A stretch of 64,000 nt of DNA, from IMG/VR virus record IMGVR_UViG_3300046804_004438, positions 46,387 through 110,386 of that record. The stretch is one strand, 5' to 3'. A program made the position numbers and the translations under genes. This stretch comes from a virus. The notes beneath the pieces are model-generated. The model was not told the DNA's origin, did not search any database, and was given only the letters and a program-made list of their open reading frames with translations. Positions 16,791 through 26,787 of the stretch are shown here, one piece after another; within the stretch, counting starts at the first letter, position 1, and every line of letters begins with the position of its first letter.

Positions 16791-18973
16791 GCAGCAGAAC
16801 CAATTGTATCTACATCTATATATTTGACTTCTTTTAACTCATCTTCCCACTTAATGTCTGAGATAGTCTGTTGAATCTTTTCCCACTTGTGTAGTAGATA
16901 AACATCCTTGAAGCAGTATTCTGCTTTCTTAAGATCACCATTAAAATAGTTAGTGGCAAACTTCTTGAAACGACGAATCCAATCTTTCTTAAGAGTGTTC
17001 TGATGATTATCTGCAGTAAGATCTTCACCATAACCGTTTGCAGTCATACAGGCAAGCCAAAGATTATCAAACGACTTAAGAGCCTCAACAATAAGACCAG
17101 ATGCCATAATTGCACCTGCACCGTACTTCTCAGTCAACTGAGCTGCATTCAATACCTGTGTGTTTGGTGCTTGGAAATAATCCTTATCACCCGTCATAGG
17201 AAGGAATGAAATACCAGCAAAATAATTGCGGTTGTCATAAACATAGTTTTCAATCTCGTCCCAATTGTCGACGATAACAGTATTAGACACATTGTGGCGT
17301 ATGCCAGGATGAGCACATCTATCAATATTCGTACCTGCATTAACCCAGAACTCCTGTGCTTTCTTAATTAGATCAAGGTGCTTGATACCAATGAGATCAT
17401 CCTTGAAGATTGAGCCTTCTTTAGCAACAACTGGGAATGAAACAACATAGTCAGTCTTACCTGCTGACCATGCTGACTCTTCTACCATGTTAGGATTAAT
17501 TCTCTTGATTAGTTTTGCAACTTCTGTATCTTTGTTTAACTGAATGTTACGAATATACATTGGAGAGTGATCGGCATGAATACCAGATGCAGTCATGAGA
17601 AGTACTGATGCATTACCAGATGGCTTAACGCATGTTGTACGAGCAGCAGGGTTAATACCAAGAAGCTCTGCTACTTCTTTGTTTGTTTGCTTGACAATCT
17701 CTGCACCCTTTGCAAGGATCTTTTCATCAAACAATGTTTTAGGATTGTTCATCCAGCCTGTTACAGATACACCGAGCAGTGCCTCACGGTCAAAAATTGC
17801 CTTTGATGTTTCAGAAAGAAACTTAAAGTCTGTATAACCAGCCTGTAGTGTTCCTAAGATAGAAGCAGCACGACATGCCTTATAGAATGTTTCTTCGTTA
17901 TCACATTGACCACCGTTGATCTCAGTGAGATTACATCCTTGCCAACCTGACTTACCATCAATCTGAGGATACATACCAATCTCAACACATGGATTAGTTG
18001 TAATATCTTTATCATCAACAAAGAAGAATCCTGGCTCACCATACTGCTTGATTGATGTCATTAAGGAAGCAAATTGTTCTCTTGTAATTTCATTACGAAC
18101 AATAACAGCACTGTTGTTAGAACGACCGCGCTGTGGGTTATCAATATACCAACTACCAGTCTTGGCACTTGCCATCTCTTGATCGTCTGCAGAGAAAAGA
18201 CAGATAGTAGCAGAACGGCGAACGCCGCCAGCAAGCACTGCATCAGCAGCATGCATAACAATATCATAGACATGGATTGGCCTCAATGATGCGGTCTTCT
18301 CGTTAAGAGTAAGACCTGTTAAAATATATTCAATACGATCTAGTGAACGACGAAGAGGTTCTGGACCTGGTGCCTTGAAACCTCCAGAAATCTTTGATCC
18401 TTTAGGACGAACTAGTGAAAGATCAAATGCTACCTTACGGCCTGCATATTCAGGAAATTTACCACCATTTTCAAAGAATGAAGACATAAGAACATCTAGT
18501 GCAGTTGCCCATCCTTCAATAGAATCTTCTACTGTATGAAGTTTAGGAGCCTTTGTACGATGTATTAATTTAGGAAGCTTTCCTACATGATGAGACTGAA
18601 CAGAAAATCCTGCACCAGCACCACAAAGAAGAATATAGAACACTTCACCAAAGAACTCAGGACGATCTGCATATGATGATGTACAATTATACATTCTCAT
18701 CTGATGTTTGAATAGTTGCTCACCACCAAACTGTAGAGCGCGCTGTGCACCAAGTACTAGCTTCTGCTTATATGCTGCAGCAGCCTCATCCATATAACCC
18801 ATTAACTTTGATGACATCTTGTCTGCATAGAAACCAGAATGCATTTTCATAACACGGTTAACAGCTTCTGACCATGTTTCATAACGACCCTCTTCTTCTA
18901 TGAAGCGAGCATAACCTTCATAAAACTTAGCATCGGAAAGTAATTTTTTTGTATCTTTATAAGCTGCAACCAT
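16760..18973 (-). CDS. nrdJ: Ribonucleotide reductase, probably class II monomeric (B12-dependent)
   Basis: RYETW, YNC, GGVRRSA, TNPCVEI, CNLTE, KPSG and C-terminal CVGGGC; no adjacent nrdB. Confidence 0.8.
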   Translation of the reverse strand: MVAAYKDTKKLLSDAKFYEGYARFIEEEGRYETWSEAVNRVMKMHSGFYADKMSSKLMGYMDEAAAAYKQKLVLGAQRALQFGGEQLFKHQMRMYNCTSSYADRPEFFGEVFYILLCGAGAGFSVQSHHVGKLPKLIHRTKAPKLHTVEDSIEGWATALDVLMSSFFENGGKFPEYAGRKVAFDLSLVRPKGSKISGGFKAPGPEPLRRSLDRIEYILTGLTLNEKTASLRPIHVYDIVMHAADAVLAGGVRRSATICLFSADDQEMASAKTGSWYIDNPQRGRSNNSAVIVRNEITREQFASLMTSIKQYGEPGFFFVDDKDITTNPCVEIGMYPQIDGKSGWQGCNLTEINGGQCDNEETFYKACRAASILGTLQAGYTDFKFLSETSKAIFDREALLGVSVTGWMNNPKTLFDEKILAKGAEIVKQTNKEVAELLGINPAARTTCVKPSGNASVLLMTASGIHADHSPMYIRNIQLNKDTEVAKLIKRINPNMVEESAWSAGKTDYVVSFPVVAKEGSIFKDDLIGIKHLDLIKKAQEFWVNAGTNIDRCAHPGIRHNVSNTVIVDNWDEIENYVYDNRNYFAGISFLPMTGDKDYFQAPNTQVLNAAQLTEKYGAGAIMASGLIVEALKSFDNLWLACMTANGYGEDLTADNHQNTLKKDWIRRFKKFATNYFNGDLKKAEYCFKDVYLLHKWEKIQQTISDIKWEDELKEVKYIDVDTIGSAACVGGGCELF

Positions 18974-18974
18974 T

Positions 18975-19133
18975 TCAGACCTCTTTTTGTTTTTCTTTTA
19001 AAATAATTTTATTATCTTCTATAACCCATTCGAGCTCAGTCTCTCGATTCCAACCAAGCTCATTAACCATTTGTTCAGGTATCTCAATATAGAGTTCGTT
19101 ATCTATATCCTGTTTTATTTCTACTATATGCAT
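18975..19133 (-). CDS. AbrB/MazE-like small DNA-binding protein (not in ORF track)
   Basis: MHIVEIKQDIDNELYIEIPEQMVNELGWNRETELEWVIEDNKIILKEKQKEV. Confidence 0.7.
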   Translation of the reverse strand: MHIVEIKQDIDNELYIEIPEQMVNELGWNRETELEWVIEDNKIILKEKQKEV

Positions 19134-19135
19134 AA

Positions 19136-19720
19136 TCAATCTCTACTATAAAAACCTGTATTAAACGCAAACGATATTCTATCCTCACCTGATAAATTTT
19201 GCTTCACCTCATGTTCAACCCAACTAGGAAACATAATTAAATTACTTTCGCTTGGATATATACCCAACTTTGAACTATTAAATATATTATAGTTTTTCAT
19301 AATATCTGTTGGTGTGAATAATGATATTAAATTTGAAGGATGCTTTAGAACTAAACTACCAGAGTTTTCAGGAATCTTAACATAATACACACCAGAAATA
19401 TATGAGTTTGGATGAATATGATTTGAATTGTAGCTGTATGGATGATTAATATTGATCCACATACTTTCTACTCTAAGGTGTAAACTATCAATAAACTCTA
19501 TGCTATTTCTTATTTGCTCCAGTCTTTGATTTATTTCCTCAACTAACGGCTGTACTATCGGTTCATGGTCAATAAAGCTACTTTGCCAACCTCCCATATT
19601 AGTATACTTACGACCATCAGTGTTTTTCATTTGCTGATATGCAAATATTTCAAGCTTGTGATTATCAACAGTAAGTTTATCGGTAACCAACAATGTTGAA
19701 AATATCGATTCCACCTTCAC
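19136..19720 (-). CDS. Putative 2OG-Fe(II) oxygenase (TIGR02466-like)
   Basis: GGWQS, WININ, H.HP..ISGVYY, FPSW..H.V and RISFAFN motifs. Confidence 0.85.
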   Translation of the reverse strand: MKVESIFSTLLVTDKLTVDNHKLEIFAYQQMKNTDGRKYTNMGGWQSSFIDHEPIVQPLVEEINQRLEQIRNSIEFIDSLHLRVESMWININHPYSYNSNHIHPNSYISGVYYVKIPENSGSLVLKHPSNLISLFTPTDIMKNYNIFNSSKLGIYPSESNLIMFPSWVEHEVKQNLSGEDRISFAFNTGFYSRD

Positions 19721-20769
19721 TATACCTTACTCCACTGTTGAAGTCTCATCTTAGCAGAAAGACCAGAAAATGTATTAGAGTCAATAATAGCCTGTACAGC
19801 AGAACCGGATAGATCCTGCTTTAAAACCATATCATTTATATCTTTGTGTTCAATAAAATCTGGCCAGATACAGACTTTGTAGCCTTGATCCACTGCTTTG
19901 GAAATCTTTTTAACAATCTCTTTGTTTCGTGGCTCATTGTCATATACTACCGTTATCTTATCTCTATCTGTAATATTATTCAAGTTAATATCGGCTCCGG
20001 CCATTGCAATACAATTATCTAAGAAAAGACTATCAATTGGACCTTCTACGACATAGACATTCTTGTCTTTGTTGATCGTATCTAGTCCAAATACCTTTTC
20101 TTTTGTCTCGTCTAAGATAATTGTTGAATAGCGCATGCTAGTCGATTTACTCAACGAACGTCCAGTAAACCCAAAAACATAGCCTTTGGAATCAATGAAG
20201 GGAAAAACGATGCGTGGTTCATCGAGCTTTAAAGCTTTGTCGTTGAACTTGTTTGGCACTATCGAGTTTACCCAAGTGTAGTATATATGAGAATAGTAAA
20301 TTCGGTAGTGAGTGCTTGGAGGAATTTTTCGTTGCAAAACATATAGTTTTGCTGGATGATTTGCCTTCAATTGAGAAATTTTCTTTAATTCTTTGAATGG
20401 TTCAAAAGAATCAATACGCCTGCTAGAAAATTTTTCTATAGCAGGTGTGAATATTTCGCTTATCTCTTGAACAACATTATTGCCAGATTCTTTAAGGATT
20501 TCCAGCTTATATTCTGTATATAATGATTGGTTTTGTGTCTTTACGAAGTTGGAAAGCGAAGTACTAGCGCTACAATTAAAACACTTAAAATTGATGTGAC
20601 CATTGTGCTCGTAGAAATGTCCACGTGTCTTAAACCTATTACGTTGTGAATCTCCGCAAATTGGGCAACGGAACTTTGCAATATAAGGCTTAGTCTTTAC
20701 TACCTTGAACTGCTCGAGCTGTGTACCAACTAGTGAAGCATACTTTTGGTCAATCCATAATGTACTCAT
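19720..20769 (-). CDS. 61: T4 gp61-like DNA primase
   Basis: CPICGDS..CFNC zinc finger, VEGPIDS, DNEPRN and KDINDM. Confidence 0.96.
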   Translation of the reverse strand: MSTLWIDQKYASLVGTQLEQFKVVKTKPYIAKFRCPICGDSQRNRFKTRGHFYEHNGHINFKCFNCSASTSLSNFVKTQNQSLYTEYKLEILKESGNNVVQEISEIFTPAIEKFSSRRIDSFEPFKELKKISQLKANHPAKLYVLQRKIPPSTHYRIYYSHIYYTWVNSIVPNKFNDKALKLDEPRIVFPFIDSKGYVFGFTGRSLSKSTSMRYSTIILDETKEKVFGLDTINKDKNVYVVEGPIDSLFLDNCIAMAGADINLNNITDRDKITVVYDNEPRNKEIVKKISKAVDQGYKVCIWPDFIEHKDINDMVLKQDLSGSAVQAIIDSNTFSGLSAKMRLQQWSKV

Positions 20770-20829
20770 TAAACTCTATCCTTTATGTGAACAGAGTTAT
20801 TATACAGTAACTATTTGAGAAGACAACAA

Positions 20830-21108
20830 TTATTTTTGTTCGGATACAGTTTTTTCTGCATCATCATAAAACTGCTTTACAGCATCCATTTTTTGTTTGC
20901 ATGTGATGTTGTTCTTTTGCAGTTTTAAAATTAGCGCACCGACTTGTTTATTTGTCAGAGTATCAGATTTTGGGAACTTGGTTTCTACCGGACAGTCATA
21001 CATTGTATCTGGTGCCTTGACAACCTTATATTCTGGCGCAATAAGTTGTACAGCAGTCTGTGAGCAACCAGTAAGTAAAAGAGGCAATAATATAACTAAT
21101 CTTTTCAT
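20830..21108 (-). CDS. Lipoprotein, probable o-spanin
   Basis: Lipobox LLTGC; overlaps the upstream TM/coiled-coil gene. Confidence 0.7.
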   Translation of the reverse strand: MKRLVILLPLLLTGCSQTAVQLIAPEYKVVKAPDTMYDCPVETKFPKSDTLTNKQVGALILKLQKNNITCKQKMDAVKQFYDDAEKTVSEQK

Positions 21109-21509
21109 TTCTTTTTCTCACCATAAGTTGCATCTAACTGTTTAACAATACTCTTTAGATAGGGAGAAGCATCATCTGTTACAGGTTTTGCTTCTGGAGT
21201 AGCTGGTTTAGTATCTTCTGCAGCCTGTCTTTCAATATCTTCTAGAAGTTTCTTTGCTTCTGCTTCTTTCTTTGCAGTCTCTTCTTGAATCTTAGTAGCA
21301 GTATCAGCAATAACTTCCGTCTTCTGTTGAAACTCTTCTTGTTTCTTATTAAACAATTCTTGCTGCATAGTATTAAACTTTTCAGTAGCCTCATTCCACA
21401 AATTGTGATCATGAACAGCAAGCCAACCAAAGAATGCAGAAGACAATAAAATAGCAATACCAATATATTGGCCAATACGATTATTTAAAAAGAAACCAAT
21501 GAAAGGCAT
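21105..21509 (-). CDS. Probable i-spanin
   Basis: N-terminal TM helix then coiled coil; precedes the lipoprotein. Confidence 0.65.
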   Translation of the reverse strand: MPFIGFFLNNRIGQYIGIAILLSSAFFGWLAVHDHNLWNEATEKFNTMQQELFNKKQEEFQQKTEVIADTATKIQEETAKKEAEAKKLLEDIERQAAEDTKPATPEAKPVTDDASPYLKSIVKQLDATYGEKKK

Positions 21510-21510
21510 A

Positions 21511-22875
21511 TCAGGGTCTTCCTAATGATAAAAATTTATCTTGTTTTGTTTTCTTGTAGTCGTTAAGTTTATCCAGATATCCAGCATTACGGAGATCTTT
21601 GAAAATAAGATTACCAAATGCAAACTCACCTTCTTTGGCAATAGAATCACCACGCATCTTTTTAATCTTGTCTTTTAGAATGTCAATTGTATCATCACTG
21701 GAATTATCTGTGATTAGCTTATCAATCATATCCTTGTAGAACTGTACCTTCTTTTGTAGATGATAATCATCTTCAAAATTTAGATCTAACATCTGAGGAC
21801 GAGCAATCCATCTGTTCTGAATTAAGGAATACACACCCTGATTTGCATGAGGCTTTTCATCTATATCCTGAGCATATAGTTCTACAGGATATCCGTAGAT
21901 TGAAATATTTGGATGTTGTAGAGTCCAAAGAATCTTCTTATCTTGCAGATACTCATCAACAAATGCTCTGTCAGGATTGATTGATGCTCTTGACATAACT
22001 ATATGAAGATCTATATCAGAGTTAGGTGTATAGTTGTAGTTTACATTACCACCAGTGATTACTACATCATATATTAAATCAGGGGATATCTTTGCAAATG
22101 CTACCCATGCATCAGCAATTTGTATCAACTTGTCTTTTACATCCTGCTTCAATTCACCTACCGTATCCCAGATCTTTGGATTCAATTGTTTGTGGTATTG
22201 AAGTGTAGTTTCTTCTAAAAGACTTTCTGCTACCTTATTTTGTACTGTAACAATTTCTGTAGAAGATTTATTATTCTTTTTTGTCTGAACACCAACAGTA
22301 TTCTGAGAACCCTGCATAATCTGTTCAGATTGTGTCATAGCTTTTGCTCGTCTTAGCTGAACAAGAAATGGTTGTAGACTCTGTGATGATTTTTTCTGAT
22401 GTTTTTTCTGAGCAGCAATAGACACACCAGGCTCTCCTTTATATGATCCAGGAGGCTGACCAAGCCCTGCTATATCTCCAGAACCTGCACTATTGATAGC
22501 AGCAGTGCCGTCTTCGTTGAGTTCTACTAACTGATCGTATATCTCGTTAAATTGTTGTTCTACAAATAATTGTAGCTGTTCGTCTGTCACATCTTCTCTG
22601 ATAGGAGTAGATCTTAGAAGGAACATTGCAGCAGCAATCGTACCTAATCTTGAAGCACCACCAGGAATTTTTGAAATTAGTTTTTTCAAATTGATTACCA
22701 TTACATCAAATAAACCAAGAATTCTGGTTTCTTGAGGAGTAAATCTGCTACGAGGTTTTAGGAAATTACCTTTGTCATCAATGAGATTGTATGTATACGC
22801 AGGCATCTTATTAAAAGGTGTTGTAAGTTTTTTAATAAACTGGTATGCTAATACAGTATCAACAACGCCTGCCAT
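21511..22875 (-). CDS. Late protein with C-terminal Pol-beta-family nucleotidyltransferase domain
   Basis: TGGN.NYNY...SDIDLH and VELYAQD motifs; late promoter at 22930. Confidence 0.65.
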   Translation of the reverse strand: MAGVVDTVLAYQFIKKLTTPFNKMPAYTYNLIDDKGNFLKPRSRFTPQETRILGLFDVMVINLKKLISKIPGGASRLGTIAAAMFLLRSTPIREDVTDEQLQLFVEQQFNEIYDQLVELNEDGTAAINSAGSGDIAGLGQPPGSYKGEPGVSIAAQKKHQKKSSQSLQPFLVQLRRAKAMTQSEQIMQGSQNTVGVQTKKNNKSSTEIVTVQNKVAESLLEETTLQYHKQLNPKIWDTVGELKQDVKDKLIQIADAWVAFAKISPDLIYDVVITGGNVNYNYTPNSDIDLHIVMSRASINPDRAFVDEYLQDKKILWTLQHPNISIYGYPVELYAQDIDEKPHANQGVYSLIQNRWIARPQMLDLNFEDDYHLQKKVQFYKDMIDKLITDNSSDDTIDILKDKIKKMRGDSIAKEGEFAFGNLIFKDLRNAGYLDKLNDYKKTKQDKFLSLGRP

Positions 22876-22876
22876 T

Positions 22877-23275
22877 TTAGATTTTCCTAAGTTCTTCTAG
22901 TATTTTTTCGTCGTGGGAAATTTCTTTAGTATTTATAGTTCTGTTTTCTATGCCAACATTCTCTACTTTTTCAGGAAGAACATTCAAAAATAGCAGAAAA
23001 GATTTAATCTGTGATTCTAGACCTTTGCATTTTAAAAACAACATCTTCACTGTTGCATGAGGTCCAAATACGTTATTGAGAATTATAATATGATTAAGAA
23101 TTAGACGTTCTTTGAGGTCACCCTCTTCTATGTAACGATTTAACAATCTCTTTATATATTTTAGTCTTTTGAGATCATCATAAAATTCTACAGTATCATA
23201 ACACTGTGGATTATCATAATGTTTGGCTGCATATAAAAGAAAATTAAATTCGTCTAATTTATCCATTTTTAACAA
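22877..23275 (-). CDS. Conserved T4-like phage protein
   Basis: YA.KHYDNPQC...EFYDDLKR.KYIKRL and ERLILNHII. Confidence 0.7.
   Translation of the reverse strand: MLKMDKLDEFNFLLYAAKHYDNPQCYDTVEFYDDLKRLKYIKRLLNRYIEEGDLKERLILNHIIILNNVFGPHATVKMLFLKCKGLESQIKSFLLFLNVLPEKVENVGIENRTINTKEISHDEKILEELRKI
22930..22937 (-). promoter_or_regulatory. T4-type late promoter
   Basis: TATAAATA upstream of the 22875 start. Confidence 0.6.
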
Positions 23276-23892
23276 TTATCAAATAAAATTACATGAGCAT
23301 TAAAATTAGCATTGAACGATTGATCATAAATTTCCAATCCATCACCTTCACCATATTGATCAACACTACCACTTACAATGTATAGGTAGCTTTTACCATT
23401 TGGAACAATTGTAAAGTTTTTATTAAGGTTTCCACAATATATTTTCATATTATTATTTAGAGTCAAATTTAACAACTCAAAATTTATACCTCTTTTAACT
23501 ATACTATATCTTGGTTGAGGTTCTTGTTTATTAGGAATCATCCATAATTGAAGATATCTAGCGGGAGTACTTGAAATACATTTTTCAGTATGCCATATAC
23601 TATCACCGCACCACATATGTTGAACATCACCGGGTTCAGCATATGTTACATTACCAAGATTATCAGTATGTTCTAGTTTACCCTCTACTATATAACCAAG
23701 TATATCATAATTCTTATGTTCATGGTTTGGAACCATTTTACCTGGTTGTAAAATATCATCATTAATAACTTTTAGCGATCCATAATTCATGTATTTTGGA
23801 TCCCAATATGTGTTATTACTAAAAGTTCTTCTGCTAGTGATCCATGGCCAATCTAACAAACCACGAGTGTTAGCAGGTCTATATACGATCAT
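23269..23892 (-). CDS. Pirin-family cupin (YhhW-like)
   Basis: W..S.RTFS, L.VINDD, H.H, H.DNLGN and HTE...LQLW motifs. Confidence 0.88.
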   Translation of the reverse strand: MIVYRPANTRGLLDWPWITSRRTFSNNTYWDPKYMNYGSLKVINDDILQPGKMVPNHEHKNYDILGYIVEGKLEHTDNLGNVTYAEPGDVQHMWCGDSIWHTEKCISSTPARYLQLWMIPNKQEPQPRYSIVKRGINFELLNLTLNNNMKIYCGNLNKNFTIVPNGKSYLYIVSGSVDQYGEGDGLEIYDQSFNANFNAHVILFDNC

Positions 23893-23901
23893 TAATTTTT
23901 A

Positions 23902-25110
23902 TTAAATTCCATCAAATTCTATAGCTTTAACATTATAACCGTTACCAAAACCATTAGGATCAAGATGTGTTACATATAAACAATTGTTACCATCTAAACC
24001 CCCACCAATTGTGCTGGTACCATAGCTTGTATTAGAAGTAGTTTGATTTATTATAGTAATATTAGCGTGACCACTATCCTTGACTAACATAGCAGTAAAC
24101 AATTCAGTTCTTGAATTCATATCACTCTGAACTCGAACCCTGACCTCAGCTGCAACTATATGAGAATTGGATGCTGTCCATACTGTGGCAGTTGCACCTC
24201 CACTTTTATATCCATCACCATAAGGATTATTAATACTTGATACTATTTCGCGACTTTTGTTAATGGAACTACCATTTGAAAATATAATTGTGTTTGGAAA
24301 ATTGGTAGATCCATCCTTATTAAACTGCCATGCGTAAGTATTTGCACCAGTATCAGTATAAAAATAAATTACTGTATTAGAATAGAAGGATACATATTCA
24401 CCTCCATTAGTACTAGTATCTACGTAGATACCTGTGTAGTTTAAAGCACTGAGTGAATCTGAACCAATTGTTATTGTATTAGGACCAGGAATAATAACAG
24501 GACCACCAGGAAACGATAGAGTACTATCTGTTCCAAATGTCCATGAATAATTATTACCAGCAATGTCTGAATCTACGGTCAGCATAAAAGGATATGAAAG
24601 TGGTGTATCTATCCTGAAAACTGCTGGAGAAGCACCCGTCTCATCACCAATAAATGTACCACCTCTAAATCTTACATAGTTGTTTGCATTAATATCATAA
24701 GTAGATGATATCATATTAAATACAACATTATCAGTAGTGTTCAAGCTTTGATCATAGCTACCTCCACCAGTGCCAGCGGAACCTGTGAAACCTACTGCAC
24801 CTTCAGATCCAGCATATCCTAGACCACCTTCAGATCCAGTGTATCCTGTACCAACAGAACCAGTGAACCCTATAGGGCCTTCTGAACCAACGTATCCTGT
24901 TGCACCTGCTATACCTTCTGATCCAGTATAACCTATATCACCTTGAGATCCAGCATATCCAGTAGCTCCTACTATATTGCCTTCTACAGTAGAACCATCA
25001 TGAAGTCTAAGTCCATGGGAATCGCTCCATACCAAAGTACCATTCTCATATACATCATTATCGCCATTTCCAGTATAAAGCTTTGAACCTACAAATTTTA
25101 CTACACTCAT
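23902..25110 (-). CDS. Fibre/structural protein with collagen-like repeats
   Basis: GY(T/A)GSxG triplet repeats; beta-rich C-terminus. Confidence 0.7.
   Translation of the reverse strand: MSVVKFVGSKLYTGNGDNDVYENGTLVWSDSHGLRLHDGSTVEGNIVGATGYAGSQGDIGYTGSEGIAGATGYVGSEGPIGFTGSVGTGYTGSEGGLGYAGSEGAVGFTGSAGTGGGSYDQSLNTTDNVVFNMISSTYDINANNYVRFRGGTFIGDETGASPAVFRIDTPLSYPFMLTVDSDIAGNNYSWTFGTDSTLSFPGGPVIIPGPNTITIGSDSLSALNYTGIYVDTSTNGGEYVSFYSNTVIYFYTDTGANTYAWQFNKDGSTNFPNTIIFSNGSSINKSREIVSSINNPYGDGYKSGGATATVWTASNSHIVAAEVRVRVQSDMNSRTELFTAMLVKDSGHANITIINQTTSNTSYGTSTIGGGLDGNNCLYVTHLDPNGFGNGYNVKAIEFDGI
24760..24970 (-). repeat. Collagen-like G-X-X coding repeats
   Basis: Repeated G(Y/F)(T/A)GS(E/Q/A)G units. 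Confidence 0.8.
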
Positions 25111-25120
25111 TTCTTATTCC

Positions 25121-26749
25121 TTAACATGCATAGTCTCTACCATAGAACACTCTTGCAGTCCATTGTATGAAAAAACTCTGTGGAGAGTTGGTAGTGTTTT
25201 TAAAATATAATCCATCATAGCCAGTTATATGCCAGAAGATATCATTTGGTAAGTTTGAATTTCCACTCATGTGTTCTATGTGAGTCACGTCCATATTTTC
25301 ACCATAGTCTGATGCCCAATGTATGGTACCTACAATAGTACCATAATGCCCACCACCACCAGTCATATATGCGTGATATTCGACAATTGCTCCTCTGACA
25401 TCCTCACCAGTGTTAGGAACATTAGCAACATCAAACCATTTTACGGGTGTTGTACCATCAAAAGCACCTGAAAACCCACCATTATAGTTTCTTATATACC
25501 ACTTATGATTATTTGGAGTTGTCCATTCTGAATCTACAGTATTAGCTGCACCACCAGTAGATACTGGACTATTGTTAACAAGAAGATTACCTGTGTTATC
25601 AATAGTAAGTGGAGTATTATTAATATAGATTGTGTTATTACTTACGTAAAGATCTTTCCACTGCTTATCCGCAGATCCCAGACTAAACACATTATTCTGA
25701 GTGGGAATGAAGCTGGTATTAGAATATATTGAAGTGGAATTTATAACTAATTTAACATCTTCTGTATTAGTATTACCAGCAAGAAATTTTATAGAATGAT
25801 CTGATTGTGGACCAATAATTAAGTTACCACCTGTGTTATATAAGTAACCATCGCTTGGACCCCATACATTTCCGTATGTTGTATCCGTATAGGTATTACT
25901 ATTAATACCCATATCAATAAACGGACCTAAACCTTGTTCGTAGTTGCCTTCATTATTATAAGCAACCCAGTCACCAGAGGCATTATTAGCATTAGAACTG
26001 TTTTGAATGACTACTTGATGAAATGTGTCTTGAGATGCAAGAAAAATAGGAGCGCTAGTTAGACTGCCTGAGTGACGGTATATAGAACCATCAAATATCC
26101 ATTCTTGCTGATCGTTTGTTAATGTAAGATCATAGTAGAGAGAAAGATCGCCTGTAATAGGATTTTCAATATACAAACTACCTGGGTTATCTGTGGTAAC
26201 CCTTACCTTCAATCCACCACCTGAATTATTTAAATTCTTAACTGTATATTTCTTACCAGTAGTATGAGGTGCTGTGATAGGTAGTATAATTGTTATATCT
26301 TGAGAAATATTATTAGGATCACAATATATGACACTATCATCTAATGTTGCTGTGTAAGTATTAGCTGCATTAACTGTTCTGAAAGCATATACACCCTCTG
26401 GTGCAGTAGAACCAGTATAACCTATCGCTCCCGAAGAGCCTGTATATCCATTGGTACCATTAGTACCAGAAGATCCTGTGTAACCATTTGTACCAGCAGG
26501 TCCTGTTGAACCAGCATAACCATTAGTACCTGCAGAACCGGAATATCCATTAGTACCTGCAGAGCCAGTATAACCAGCACTGATACCTGCAGAGCCTGTA
26601 TAGCCTCTCAATTGAGTACTGACAGAAGAAACAAAATTATTTACTGTAATTTTATTAGTAGAGGGTAGACCTGCTGGATCATGAACAACCATTAACAGGT
26701 CATTATTAGCAACCGATGTAATGGCATTTAATTCAGAAATCTTAGGCAT
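25121..26749 (-). CDS. Fibre/structural protein with collagen-like repeats
   Basis: KISEL N-terminal motif and GYTGSAGTN repeats. Confidence 0.72.
   Translation of the reverse strand: MPKISELNAITSVANNDLLMVVHDPAGLPSTNKITVNNFVSSVSTQLRGYTGSAGISAGYTGSAGTNGYSGSAGTNGYAGSTGPAGTNGYTGSSGTNGTNGYTGSSGAIGYTGSTAPEGVYAFRTVNAANTYTATLDDSVIYCDPNNISQDITIILPITAPHTTGKKYTVKNLNNSGGGLKVRVTTDNPGSLYIENPITGDLSLYYDLTLTNDQQEWIFDGSIYRHSGSLTSAPIFLASQDTFHQVVIQNSSNANNASGDWVAYNNEGNYEQGLGPFIDMGINSNTYTDTTYGNVWGPSDGYLYNTGGNLIIGPQSDHSIKFLAGNTNTEDVKLVINSTSIYSNTSFIPTQNNVFSLGSADKQWKDLYVSNNTIYINNTPLTIDNTGNLLVNNSPVSTGGAANTVDSEWTTPNNHKWYIRNYNGGFSGAFDGTTPVKWFDVANVPNTGEDVRGAIVEYHAYMTGGGGHYGTIVGTIHWASDYGENMDVTHIEHMSGNSNLPNDIFWHITGYDGLYFKNTTNSPQSFFIQWTARVFYGRDYAC
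26400..26605 (-). repeat. Collagen-like GYTGSxGTN coding repeats
   Basis: Tandem ~27-nt units. Confidence 0.8.
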
Positions 26750-26787
26750 ATCTACCCTCTATTATATTATTGATTATTTAATTAGTA

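Noticed and set aside
16760-18973. Intron or intein in the RNR gene
   Set aside because: The ORF is continuous, of expected length, and shows no splicing motifs.
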